A DNA stretch of 64,000 nucleotides from Trichodelitschia bisporula (Eukaryota): positions 62,001 through 126,000 of the forward strand of contig ML996688.1 in NCBI GenBank assembly GCA_010356995.1, given 5' to 3'. This document shows positions 1 to 11,782 of the stretch, piece by piece. The notes below the pieces were generated by a model. It searched no databases and was not told the origin of the DNA. It saw only the letters and a program-made list of their open reading frames with translations. Numbering within the stretch: the first letter of the stretch is position 1; each line of letters opens with the position of its first letter. The position numbers and the translations under genes were made by a program.

Positions 1-869
1 GAAGATTGGGAGGCAATTGACGTCTGGATGCGGTCAATCGAGCAGCCACTGCCGAGCAGCAGACATGTGCCGAGTACGGAGGTACTCCGTCACTTCCGCC
101 CACGGTTTGCCAATTGGGGCAGTGATGACTGATCCGAAGGTTGTTACGCCGTGCTTCCGGCCCGTCAGCAGTCGAGGTGCCGCCGCCATATCACGTGAAG
201 GCGTAACTACGCATCTTGCTCTTGACATGTCGACAGCTCTCCCCCTTTCCTTCTTCTCTCTCCAGGTCCGATCTCCGATCTCCGAGTCATCGCACGCGCA
301 AAGACGCGAGAGGTGAGGCCGCTGTGCAGCATGTCCATGGACTGCGGTGCTGCCCCGCTCCCTGCAACACGTGGCGGAGACACCTTGATCCGTTGTGGCA
401 CAGCAGATTTGGGATCGCCATGCATCCGCAGTGCAGCAGGGCGAAGTACTGTAGTAGTACCGACGTTGGTACTCTGGCGGTGAGCGCCGTTTCTCCGCGT
501 TGGCGTCTAGCGGTTGGACAGATTCATGGTCTGCGAGGAAAGGCGAGAGAGAGTGACAAGGGAGCGAAGCAACGGACACAGTACCAACGAAAGCGCAAGA
601 AGACGAACCGAAAGAGGACATTGCAGAGGACATTTCCAAGCGAATGATGGCCGAGAAACAATGACATGCTAAGAGTAGGAGACAATAATCTTCGCATCTG
701 AATCGGACCAACAGCCTCGGCAAGCGTGGCTAGTGCGCTTGTTGCGGCCCGGAGCGTGGAGAGGAGAACCCCATGTCGTCACAGTGGGAGGTACAACTGT
801 GGCGCTTCCCGTGGCTGGTCCTGCCCCGTTTCACGACATTATCTTTACCTGGCACTGCACCACCTCAAC

Positions 870-940
870 CTCCACTTGCTCTCTCCGCTCTCCACTTGCT
901 CTCTCCACTCTCCACCTGCTCTCTCCACTCTCCACTCTCT
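870..940. repeat. Degenerate pyrimidine-rich tandem repeat (CTCTCCAC/CTTG units, ~20 bp period)
   Basis: ctccacttgctctctccgctctccacttgctctctccactctccacctgctctctccactctccactctct, upstream of the hydrolase-phosphatase gene. Confidence 0.7.
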
Positions 941-1513
941 TCTGCCTCCTCTCTTCTCGCTTCAATACACTTCCTCTTCCTGTTTCTCTGCCGCGTAAAA
1001 GCTCAAGCGGTCACATCTTGCCCCAGGATACGGAGTAGAGCACCCGCATCTCTCATATCTCCCCTTCCTGCAGCTTTATCTCGGCTCTCCTCGACTCAGA
1101 GCTTGTATCACTCGTGTCCACTGCAAGCTCAGACGCCCCCCCTCCCGCCCCCCGGGAGTGGCCGATCCTCAACAGCCCGATTAAACTGCGAAGAGAAATG
1201 AAAGACGTCTGCTACAAGTAAAATCACCGAGAATTTCCACCCCTCCTCGGCCCAACGGCCGTGAGCTCTACCTGCACGCTGACGGCGCAGAGGCCGCATT
1301 TCTACTGTAGTAAACTTCTCTCTAGTCAGCGGTCCGTCGTTATTGGCGCCCTGCTGCTGCACCTAGACGGCTCTTCGCATCGTCTCCTCCTAGTTCGTGC
1401 AGCAACCCGGCCACCTTACTGGTATTTCCAGGCTGTTCCCGCATCTGCTGCTGTCGCGACGCCTGTGACTCCCCGCAATGGCGCGCTGAGGATGTAAAAA
1501 GTCGAACGACAAC

Positions 1514-3768
1514 ATGTTTCCTGGACTGTTGACGGCCATCGCAACTTTGGCTTTGGATCTCAGCTGTGTTGACGCTTTTTCCTCCGGTGCTTCATACACT
1601 GCTTCAGAGACCGTCGAACAAGGGATGATGGCGACTAATCGCTCACCTGTGCTGCGGACTTTTCCCCATGGCGTGCTCTCCTTTGTCAGATCGCAACCCG
1701 GCTTCACCATAGCTTCATTGCTTCTACCGCTGATCTGGCTGGTGTGGAAACGCTCCCAACGCCGCGAGCCAGCTGCCCCAGATGCAATTGCTGCCGGTAC
1801 GTAAGCCCGACGCAACCCGTGGGTACACAACATCTTGTCCAAACCGGCAAGCAAATCCCACTCGGCATCCCACGCCCGTTCCCCCCCCACCAACGCTAAG
1901 CTAACCACACCCCTCCAGCTGCTCTCGTCTCAGATCCCGCCTTGCTGCGTGAGCACTCCTCGTACGTGGCATATCACGTTGTGGAGACCTCGACAACGTA
2001 CCCTCGAATCCGCACTTTTTATCGCCCGCATCCACTTGCCGCCCAGCTGCAGCAGCACCAGAGTGCCCCACCTGCAGGCTCACAACCCGCGACCCCCACG
2101 CGACCCCCACCCCCTCCACTGCCCCTCTTCGTCTTCATCCACGGTCTAGGCGGGTCCGTCGCCCAATTCGCACCCCTCCTGTCCGCCCTGTGTCCTATTG
2201 CGTCATGTCTCGCCATCGACCTGCCGGGCTGCGGTCTCTCGGAGTTTGCCCCGCGCGACTGGTCCGCCTACCGCACCTCCGATCTCGCTGCCCTTCTCGC
2301 GACCGCTATCCGCCAGCACCGTCGTGATGACCAGTCCGTCATTCTCATCGCCCATAGCATGGGCACCGCTCTCGCCGCCCTCCTCGCCTCGACAACTAGT
2401 CCACTCAACCCCTCCCTCGTCCCTCATGTCGCCGGCCTCGTCGCATTGTGTCCTGTCGCTCAGCCGCCGGACGCGAAAATGTCGGCCCGCGCCCGACTCT
2501 TTGTCACACTAGCGCTGGACCCGCTCTTCGATGCGTGGCGCCGATGGGACCGCCGAGGTGGCATCAACAGTGCTAGCATATCGCGCTTTGTGGGCCCTGG
2601 CGCCGACGAGGAGACTCGCCGCCTGCAGTTGCTCTACAACGAGCAGAGCCGCACGCCCGTGTGGCGGCGCATGGCGCTAGGCGCGCTACCCGTCTACGCC
2701 GGTATGTTGCCGCAGGGTGGCCTGCCAGGCGAGAAGGTCTGGCGGGGGGTTCGGGCGCCGGTACTGCTGATTGCCGGAGAAGCGGACCACATCACGAAGC
2801 CCCGGGAGGCAGAGATGATAGCCGGGTGGCTGGGTTACGACGCTGCTAACGTCCAGGAGGCAGATCCGCTTGTAACGCAAGCTGCTGTGCGGCCCGCAGG
2901 CGAGGCTCTGGAGAGCATGCCGCCGCTGGCCAAAGCGGCGCCTGCAGACGATGATCTCCCCTCGACGCCACCGAATATGTCCCCGCCGCCTTCGCCGCCG
3001 AATGGCAAAGCCGGGCCGGCCCGCGAGCCGCAGGTCCACCTCACAATCCTCCCTGCGCCCGCCAACCATGCCCTCCTGTACGCTAACCCCACTGCCCGCG
3101 CCGTCGCAGGCGTGGTCCAAGCGTTCCTTTCTAATATCGATCCGCGCCTCTGCCGCGGATGGCAGCTGCGGCATCTCAGCGTCTCGGGTGCGCCGTCTGC
3201 GAAGTGGGATGTTAAGAACCTGGCTAAATGGTCGAGTGTGGCGCCCGTCTCTGCGCCAGTGGCCGGCATCTTCCGCGCCATCAAAACGATGCGCGAAGTC
3301 GATGAGGTGCACAGCCCGGCGGAGTTTGTCCGGGTATGGGGTCTGGACACCCGCGGTGGGGATGGAAAGGGGGGTGTGGTTGCGGTGGTGGATGTTAGTC
3401 GTGAGGAGCCGGTGTATGATCCGCAGGGCTTGTATAGGGCGGGTGTGCGGTACGTTAAGATGCCGACTGTGAGCAAGATGGTGCCGTCGAGGGAGGAGGT
3501 GGCGCGGTTTTGCGATATTGTCGACCGGTTAAGGGGGGAGTTGGATCTTGCGGACGATGAGTCTACTGATGCGGCCTCGCACTCGCTCATTGCCGTTCAT
3601 TGCCATTATGGCTTCAATCGCACGGGCTTCTTCATTATTTCGTACCTCGTCGAGCGGAGGGGGTGGGGGCTCGAGGCGGCGATCCGCGAGTTTGCAACTG
3701 CGAGGCCGCCTGGGGTGAGACATGGGCATTTTGTCGATGGACTTTGGGCGCGGTATTGGCGAGGCTAG
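1514..3768 (+). CDS. Alpha/beta-hydrolase fused to a C-terminal dual-specificity (cysteine) phosphatase domain, ~710 aa
   Basis: Exons 1514-1796 and 1919-3768; intron GTACGT...GCTAAC...CCAG is in phase (G+CT). Hydrolase motifs FIHGLGG, IDLPGCG, AHSMG nucleophile elbow; P-loop HCHYGFNRTG (CX5R). Hydrophobic stretch (FTIASLLLPLIWLVW) in exon 1. Start could be a later ATG (~1625). Confidence 0.88.
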
Positions 3769-4314
3769 GAGACTGTAGCATGGATTCCGATTGTTTGTTT
3801 CCTGGGCACGGTGTTGGTTTTGTTGGAACGAAATAGACCTGGTTTGTCGGTTGTGGATGGGATACCTTGCCCCTCGCGGCCGGACACATGGCCCGCGTGA
3901 GATCATTCCCGGAGCCCAATCCTTCCCGACCCCGATCCTGAAGGAAGATCAAGGTAATGAGCACAAATATGATCAGCAAATATGAGACATGCCCGTCAAC
4001 GGCAATATTTTGTAATCGAGAAACTGTAGCACCCGCAATCGCTGCTGTACAAAATGCACCCCTCCATTCCCCCCCCCCCCCCCAAGCCCCAATCATAGAT
4101 GTTAGATACAATGAAGAAAGTTTAAGTTCTTCCTCCCCGATGCTGCGGTCCGGTCAAGCAAAACCCGGCGATGCAAGCGGGCGAGGCGCTTAATCGAGCT
4201 GGACGCTCGAGTCCGTGACATCGAGCTCAATGACATCGTCCTGGGGGACAGCCATGCGGCTCTTCCTGCACAGCAATTAGTCCCGCCCAAGCACACATGT
4301 CCACACTCGGATAC

Positions 4315-4996
4315 TCACTTCTTGTTGCAGCTGCGCCACTGCAGGTTGAACTTCTGCTCGAACTTGGCGTCGATGGAATCGACAGTGAGCAGACCGCCGG
4401 CGTTATCGTTGCGGCTCGTCAGGTTGATTTCGGTCTTGATGTTGATGAGCCCCTCCTTGCCGCACGGCGACCACACCATGCTCTCCGACTTCAAGCTATC
4501 GCTCTTGCGATACGTCGCGTGCTGCGGGCCGTTGATAGTAAGACGCGTCTTGGCCTAATTCACTCATTAACACCCCATCCATCCCAACCATCAGCGGGCA
4601 ACTCACATCCTTGCTCTCCCCACTGAAGTAGTACGTCGTCAAGATCTCCCCCGTAACACCCCCCTCCAAATCCGCATACCCGCGCGTATCCACCTTGAAC
4701 ACGCTGAACTGATACCCGCCCGGGTACTGCACCTTGAGGTTGAGCTGGCAGTAGCGGCGGGCCTCGGAGCGGGACTTGGCCTTGGGGCCGATGGTGGCGG
4801 CGTAGACGTCGAAGATGAGGGTCATGACCGTGCGCTCGCTGTTGAGCGACGAGGAGACGGTGCCTTGCGGGCAGCCGGTGCCGCCGTAGTTGACGCCGTT
4901 GATGCGGACGTCGCGGGGCGTGTCGCTGGGGGCGCCGTCGAGGGGCGCGGCGGCGGCGAGGGCGGCCAGGGAGGCGAAGATGGTGGTGAACTTCAT
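4315..4996 (-). CDS. Secreted DUF4360-family protein, 209 aa
   Basis: Signal peptide MKFTTIFASLAALAAAAP; motifs YGGTGCPQG, TLIFD, CQLNL.V.YPGGYQFSV, TTYYFSG, VWSPCG, LTVDSID, LQWRSC. Exons 4996-4607 and 4554-4315, intron GTGAGT...TAG phase 0. Confidence 0.88.
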
Positions 4997-5672
4997 TTTT
5001 GGAACGGGAGGGAAGGGTGAGCTGGACAAGCTAAAGAGTGTGGATTGGTAAAGAGAGTGGGTGTGGGCTGTAGAGAATGTTGGAGAACTGTGATGCTGAT
5101 GATGGACAGACAACAGTGGACACCGCCGCCTTTTATCCCCCTCACGCCAACCGGACAACGACATATATTGCACTATCCCCATATCCGCCGATCCCCACCC
5201 ACCGGGCCTCAGGACCACGAACCCACTACGCAAGTGCCAGGCACCGCACCGCCCAAAATAGCCCAAGCACATCGCAATATTCAGGACCAACCGACCATGC
5301 CGTCACAACGGCGCGCATATTCCCCAGACGGCCGGGGGGAGGGAGGCGTAAAGCGTCCGCCCACATGTGCCAGAGTAAACGAAGTGGCGGCCACCTCGCC
5401 AGCCAGCCCGAGCCCAGCACCCAAGCCGAGCCCCCCCGTCACGCATCGCGATACAAATACGAGTTCGCAGATTGACTTCAAAGTGCTCGCGCCAGATCTG
5501 CCCTCCATCGGCGACGGCGGCGGGTCCCAGATTGCGCCAACGCTATGTATAGCCTGCTCCGCGGGGCGTCACATCATGGAGGGCGGGTTAATGCAACCGG
5601 ATATTGCCGCTTGCCCACGCGGACACCCCGCCAGGTCTGGCTTGCGCCGCGTAAATCGACGCCCGGAAATAC

Positions 5673-6141
5673 TACTACAGCCTCAGACCTAATATATGTT
5701 AGGGGTCCGAGTATCCACCCGGAAAAGTGATGGCCTCGCCCCCGCGCGGCTTTTGGTGAGGCATACAGCCAGAGGATCAGGGAGGGGGGGGTAATCATTT
5801 TTCCGGCACGTCCGCGTAGGCTCTTTGAACCCTTAATATTTACTAAGCCTGCGACTGTAGTACGGTATCAGACCTGTTATATGTCAAAGTGGGCCAAGGT
5901 GGCTGGGCCACCCGAAAAAGTCGTGAGCGACCCCCCTCAAGCTTTGGCTGACATACTACGGTAGCAGGCCGAGTATATGTCAAATTGGGTCTAAGGTGTA
6001 AGGGCTACTCGCAAAAGTCGTAAGTGTCCCCTCCCCAGTTAACAGGCGCGTTAGGCTAGCAAAAGCCTGGGGGGCACGCTCACGACTTTTGCGGGAAGCC
6101 GGACCCACTGTGACATATAATACGCCTGATACCGTAGTACA
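5673..6141. repeat. Cluster of four ~85-95 bp related units (three direct, one inverted); possible MITE or transposon-end relic
   Basis: Shared core TACTACGGTATCAG..TATATGTCA..TGGGTC....CG.AAAAGTCGTGAGCG.CCCCCC at ~5673-5760 (+, most diverged), 5856-5950 (+), 5954-6036 (+) and 6141-6055 (-). Confidence 0.8.
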
Positions 6142-7727
6142 ACTCTCAGGCAGGGATGCGTGCGTAAAGCTTCACAATCTCGCGCCCTTGGCCCGCGGAC
6201 CAGGTTTTGCGGTCTCCAGGGGCCGCGCAGATAGAGTGCATAGCGCCACTCGCGGCCAGGGCGGGTGTCGGTCTAGACCCGTGGTGCGAGGAGTGTGTGG
6301 GGGGGGGGTATATCGCTATAGTCGGTCCGAGGCAGGCACTGCGGTCACCCGTGCGGGCTTGCCCAGAATCCGGGCAACGGTCGCCAGGTACGGCGGAGGA
6401 GATTGGGGCTCACAGATTGCATGTTGCGCAGAGTAGGTCGCGGGGCAGGTGTGGGCGCGGACGAGAGGGCGATCGGCGGGATCCGAGGCGAAGACCGGGT
6501 GGTGATGGGCGGTACTATAGGGCGAGTTCGGTATAGAAGGGGTTGGCGGGTGTAGGGCCAGGAGGTTGAGTGCGCGGGGCACGGGAGAGTGGCCGGGCCG
6601 TCTGGGGATGGCGCTTCTCACGTTGAAGTGCCGAGCCGGACGGGAAATTGGCTCGGGTTGTTGGCCATGCGGGGGACGCGTTGCAAAATTCGTGAAAAAT
6701 GCAGATGTCGCGAGTGGCTGCGCGGCGCTCATTCGTGCAATATCCGTGTGGCAGCAGCCAGAGTGCTGTCCCCAGTGGCAGGTGATTGTGGTGGTGCGCA
6801 CGAGATGCCAAACGTCAGGCGGACTTGGCGGTTGCATCATACGAAATGGCTAAGGAATTGCATATATGAAATGCAATCAACGTAAAGTGACCGCCCCCAA
6901 AATTAGAAAGCGATCGCCTCAACAATGACACTTGGAAAGACAGTCCTTTCCGTGGTGTCGTGTGTCGTCTGTTTTGCACAGAATCTGGTAGTGATGCGAT
7001 GGCGACAATATCGCCTGCTGGGCTGTGCCCATCATCTCCGGTTACGAACACGTCGACGTCGGCTGTCACGCCGCCTTGCTTTCCCAGCCGGGCTCATCCA
7101 TCGGACATACCGAGCAAGCCTACGTATTCCATCCACTGGACCAGGTCAAAACGATTCTCGTGACGAAGCGACGGAAGGAAGAATGAAGGCCTAGCCCGTG
7201 ACATGCCGCGCCGGCAAAAACGTGGAGAAGCCGGCAGCTCGCGAGCTGGGAAATCCAGCTACGGGAAAAAAAATGCAAGAGGACCAAAATAGACGTGTAA
7301 TTGTGTTTGCAGCACGTCGTCGATAGATGTTCCCGTGATGCCATGTGTGTCTGCGGCGGTATCTCCGCGCCCGTTCGCGTTGCTGTGCGTTCGGCGACAT
7401 GTTCCGCGTCCAAAGGCGGAGTGTCGGCGTTTCGGGCGTGTTCTGACAAAGATACGATGGAATTCGAGGTCGAGACCGGCGCCGCAGTCGGGGGGAGTGA
7501 TTTGAGTTGTGGTGATTACTGTCATTACTGTCTCTGTTGATGGCATGAAGTCGTCGGTGGCTGAACCGTCAGCGGGAGGCGGTGCAGCTGATTTGTCAAA
7601 AGCGATGACGGCAAGGTGGCGGCGCCAGGCGGCGCACATCATCCCCGCCGACGACGACCAGCATAACTACCCCACCAACGCCTACCTCGTCCTCGCAACA
7701 TTCCTAGAAACCTATAATTCATCAACG

Positions 7728-8431
7728 ATGGCCGGTTCCTTCATCTCCCGTTTCATGCGCCCCTTCTCCTCCTCCAGTATGTCCTTCGGCCCCGAAGGCG
7801 CCGCCGCACTCCCGCCCGGCGCGCAAAAGGCTACCATCGCCGCGGGCTGCTTCTGGGGCGTGGAGCACATGTTCCGCAAGGCATTCGCGGGCCACGGGCT
7901 GCTGGATGCGAAAGTCGGGTACATTGGGGGCGACAGCAGCAATCCGAGCTACCGCGCCGTGTGCACAGGGCGGACGGGCCGTGAGTTCCCTCGGGCCGCA
8001 TCCGGCGGGATAGCAACTAACAGGTGCTACAGATGCCGAGGCGCTGCAGGTAGTGTTCGATCCCGAACAAGTCTCGTACCGGCAACTGCTCGAGTTTTTC
8101 TACAAAATGCATGATCCGACGACGGCGAATCGCCAGGGCCCGGATGTCGGGTCGCAGTACCGCAGTGCCATCTTCTTCCACGATGCGGAGCAGGAGCGCG
8201 TGGCGAAGGATGTGACGGAGAAGGTGAAGAAGGAGTGGTGGACCAAGGGCATCAGCACGGATATTGTGCCTGCGGGCCAGTGGTGGGATGCCGAGACGTA
8301 CCACCAGCTGTACCTGGATAAGAACCCGAGTGGCTACGAGTGTCCCAGCCAGTATGTCTTCCTTGCGGAACTGCAGTTCTCTTACTTACGCTCCCAGCTA
8401 TCTACGAAAATTTCCTCCGCTTTCAGAGTGA
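7728..8431 (+). CDS. msrA: Peptide methionine sulfoxide reductase MsrA
   Basis: GCFWG catalytic motif, GYIGG, GRTGHAE (across intron), HDPTT.NRQG.DVGSQYRS, AETYHQLYL..NP.GYEC. Exons 7728-7980, 8033-8351, 8398-8431, both introns GT-AG and in phase. Confidence 0.96.
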
Positions 8432-10225
8432 GGACAAAAAACTCACGATGTCACAATTTCGGAATAAATGTGGTTGAAGCTGTTCCTGTCTTGCTTTCTC
8501 CTGTATTTTTGTAATATGTATGAAGCGGTATTGGGTACAAACGATATGGGGACAGTGCGGATTAACGACGAATGCCTCTTGGAAAGCTCAGGACAGAGGC
8601 CATCCGGGCTTGCACAGGCCATCCGAGCTCGTACAGATCAATATCCTCCTGCCCACCGTTCCACAAGCCAGGCTCAGGCGATATTTTGAGAGTAAAGCCT
8701 CGGCTTAGGTAGATGCTTCAAAATTAGTATGGGGCGCTGCTAATAGAAGCAGAGGCTAGACACGGCAATGGCTCCGGCGTGAAGTGAAAGATTATGAAAA
8801 CAACGAAGAGGCAACGCGAAGCTAAAATACATGCAGTAGTTCATGTATCCTTTTCTCCCATCACGCACGCCTTCCATACTAACGTGCTACTTCCCGAAGA
8901 CTACTCCTTCCCAAAGATACATATATTCGCCTTAATGTCATGATATTCTTAGGTGTCTATACCCGCTGCAACTCGTCACCTAGCAGACATCATTCGTTAG
9001 CATCCACTTCCAGCACCAAGCCTTAGCCACATGCCTCAGTAACCGCTTGGTTCAGGTGGTGTGCTTCGGAAGACGTATGAGAGCGGAAAATCAGCACCTA
9101 AACGACACCATCCGTTAACATTCCCTTCCAGCACAAAGGAAAAACCACATACCCGTCTCTCAGCAGCAACGCGCTTCACCGTTTCGGCCGTCTTCACCGG
9201 GAGTCGCATGCTAAGACCCTCCTCATGACGATCCTCGACACACATCTGCAGGAGCGCGAGGACATGTTCCGTCGGATCGCCTACGATTGTGTCCGGCATC
9301 TCTATCGAAGTCGATCACCCCGGACGGCATCTGACATCCATGGCGCCAGGCGCCTTTCTCCTTCTTCCAGACCCGCTTCTGTGCATCGGCTGCCATGCCG
9401 ACACATTTCTCGATGACGGCATCGCACTCTAGGGGATGGCACACCGGACCATTGAGGTCTGGGCCGTTCAGCTGCTTGTGCGAGCACGGATAGATTGCTA
9501 AGCCATATTTCCTGCCGCAGACGCAGTGCAGTTCATCCTGTAACACATCCTATCTGGTGGGGCGATGAGCGGTGAACGGGATGAAGACAAAGACTGACCT
9601 ACCGAGTTTAGTGACGAAGTCTTGATATGTCGTACGGGCGAAAAACCGATTGCAGGCTATATGAAGAAGCGGGACGGATGAGGACTCAACTTCTAGCACG
9701 AGGTCGATGCCTAGATCGGCTTCCGGAAGAGTTGTCGCATTGAAGAGGTGTAGGTGTCGTCCTTGCCGAATGCTCATGGGTGGGTTTTTGGACGGGAGAT
9801 TGACGCCGTCGGCTTTGAACTCAGACTCTGAACAGAAGTTGCAAACAATAGATCGAACAAGAGCACTGTGGATACAGCCGGGGCTTGTGGAGTGTCTGTA
9901 GAGGAAGTACTTGACGTGGCCGAGGCAGGTGAGGTATTGGTCGGGTAGTCATTCACGAAACCCACACACCCGGGTACCGGAAAAACGTTTTCGGCATGCC
10001 GATTGACAGGGGCACCCCGGCCCGAAGAAACAACTTATTTTCGGAAGGAAGGAGCCATCGGGCCTGCACTGGTCGCCGGCCACATGCACAGCCGCATTCG
10101 GCCTGATGACAACTGGGGCAGACATATTCACACAGCAGCACCACATCAACCACACAGAGTTCCGCAGTCTCCCAATGCTGCTTCTTGCCTTGATTTCCCT
10201 GCAGCCTCCTCCCTGCATTTCTCCC

Positions 10226-10615
10226 TCAATCCTCCCTCAAACCCCGATACACCCACCCGGGCCTCCACCGCACAGCCCACTCCTCATTCCCCCTCTCCCA
10301 CCAAAGCATCTGCATCCTCGTCCTCTCCTCGCACCGCGGACACACGCCCTCGTCATGCCACAGCTCGCGGGGCGCATCCGGCTGACACCGTGGCGCAGGC
10401 CGGAAGGGCAGGTACGGTGGCGTCGGGGTGCGGTTTGTCAGCTCGGAGGACGGCTCGGACCATGGTGCTGTGTTCTTGTCTTGGTGGCTGGAGTTGCACT
10501 CGCCGGGGTCGTTGATCCGGATGATTTCGTTGTAGAGCCGCGTGCAGAAGAACATGTAGTGTGAGTTCCAGTCGGTGTGCCCGCAGGCGTAGGACTTGAT
10601 GTAGGCCCGGCACAT
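10226..10615 (-). CDS. Small Cys-containing hypothetical protein (MC..Y.CGH type), 129 aa
   Basis: MCRAYIKSYACGH...FCTRLYNEIIRINDP...LPF..APRC.P...CPRC resembles common small fungal proteins with N-terminal MC/CGH and C-terminal CxxC; single exon. Confidence 0.55.
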   Translation of the reverse strand: MCRAYIKSYACGHTDWNSHYMFFCTRLYNEIIRINDPGECNSSHQDKNTAPWSEPSSELTNRTPTPPYLPFRPAPRCQPDAPRELWHDEGVCPRCEERTRMQMLWWERGNEEWAVRWRPGWVYRGLRED

Positions 10616-11782
10616 GGGACTGGAACCTGAGAAGGAGGTGGAGATGGTACGTACCGCTGCAGTGAGCGCCAGGCGGTTATAAGTACCTCCCAACGCACCG
10701 GACCATGGCGTCTGGACCACTGCCCAATCATTGCGCTTGTCAGTCGCGACAATCGCCGCACAGGGCCCAAAGCTCCTCACGGGAGTTTGGCTTGAGCATA
10801 TAATCGTCAACCCTCCCGCCCTGTACCGCAAGCTCCTCCGCCTACCGCGCGTTTGGCGTTTGAACCATCATCCCATGGTTCCGCAAACGCTCCCGTTTCC
10901 GTTCCCTCTCCGGTCGCCGGGCGCGGCGCTTGCTAGCGACCCCGCAGGCTAGGCGCGCGTTCCTGCAGTAGTTCAAGGAGACGAGGCGGATTCGATGCCG
11001 CAAACCGAGAGGCTGATACTAGTGTAGTGCCGGTGCGTCAAACCAAACCGAGCGTGGATGCAATCGGCGAACTAATTCACGTGTTTGCTGCTTGCGCGCG
11101 CTGATTGCTGACGTCGGCACGAGGGCCGCCTCGTGAGTCTTGGGCGGTTTGCGAATGGGCGATTAGGAGGGGCAAACATGGACGGGGCTATGGGGCTGGA
11201 GGGGCGGTTTGATGGCGGGAGGGCATATCGAGTACATGAAGTGCGGTGCTGTTGTCTGTAGTAAACTTACCTGAAGAAAAGTGGGATTGTCGCTGTGATG
11301 CGGTGGTAGGCTCTCAGCCTCTTCCCGGACATAGCTGGTAGAGGGCTCAGCCTGGGGACAGGATAGGTGCTTGAGCATCAAACTCCGACCGGACCCCTCT
11401 GTAAACCACGAGATATGTAAGGGATCCTGAGAAGCTGTCAGCTCGTCTATGAACCCCTCGGAGAGACTCAAACTCAAAATCCCGTCTCAGTTCCCAGCCC
11501 TCATCCCCGACACAATCATCACATCATGAGCTCACAAGTTATGTTGCATCATTGCATTCATTATTCTAAAAGGTCAACACTATCCGCCATTGCGCCATGC
11601 TATCGATAAACCCGAAGCCCCATCAACCATCCGATGGAGATACAACGCTGCCACGCCGACAAGCCGCATCACCCGTAACCCGAAGATCGTGGAACGGATG
11701 ACGGAAAGTCGAAAAGAGATTCGGATATAATTTTGTGGTGAATAACGGCGCTGGGGACATTGTCAAAACAGAGAAAGGTCGC

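Noticed and set aside
34..723. 229-aa minus-strand ORF and overlapping ORFs at the window start
   Set aside because: No recognisable motif; long chance ORFs are expected at this GC content
1797..1918. Overlapping donors GTACGT/GTAAGC suggesting a nested (stwintron) intron
   Set aside because: No internal acceptor that would regenerate a donor; only the 1797 donor keeps the frame
5673..6141. CRISPR-like interpretation of the repeat cluster
   Set aside because: Units are long, degenerate and partly inverted, with no unique regular spacers or cas genes, in a fungal genome
9036..9960. Protein-like ORF fragments on both strands downstream of msrA
   Set aside because: The candidate intron (GTAGGT at 9602 with CAG or TAG acceptors) leads to stops in both cases; no coherent gene model or strand could be supported
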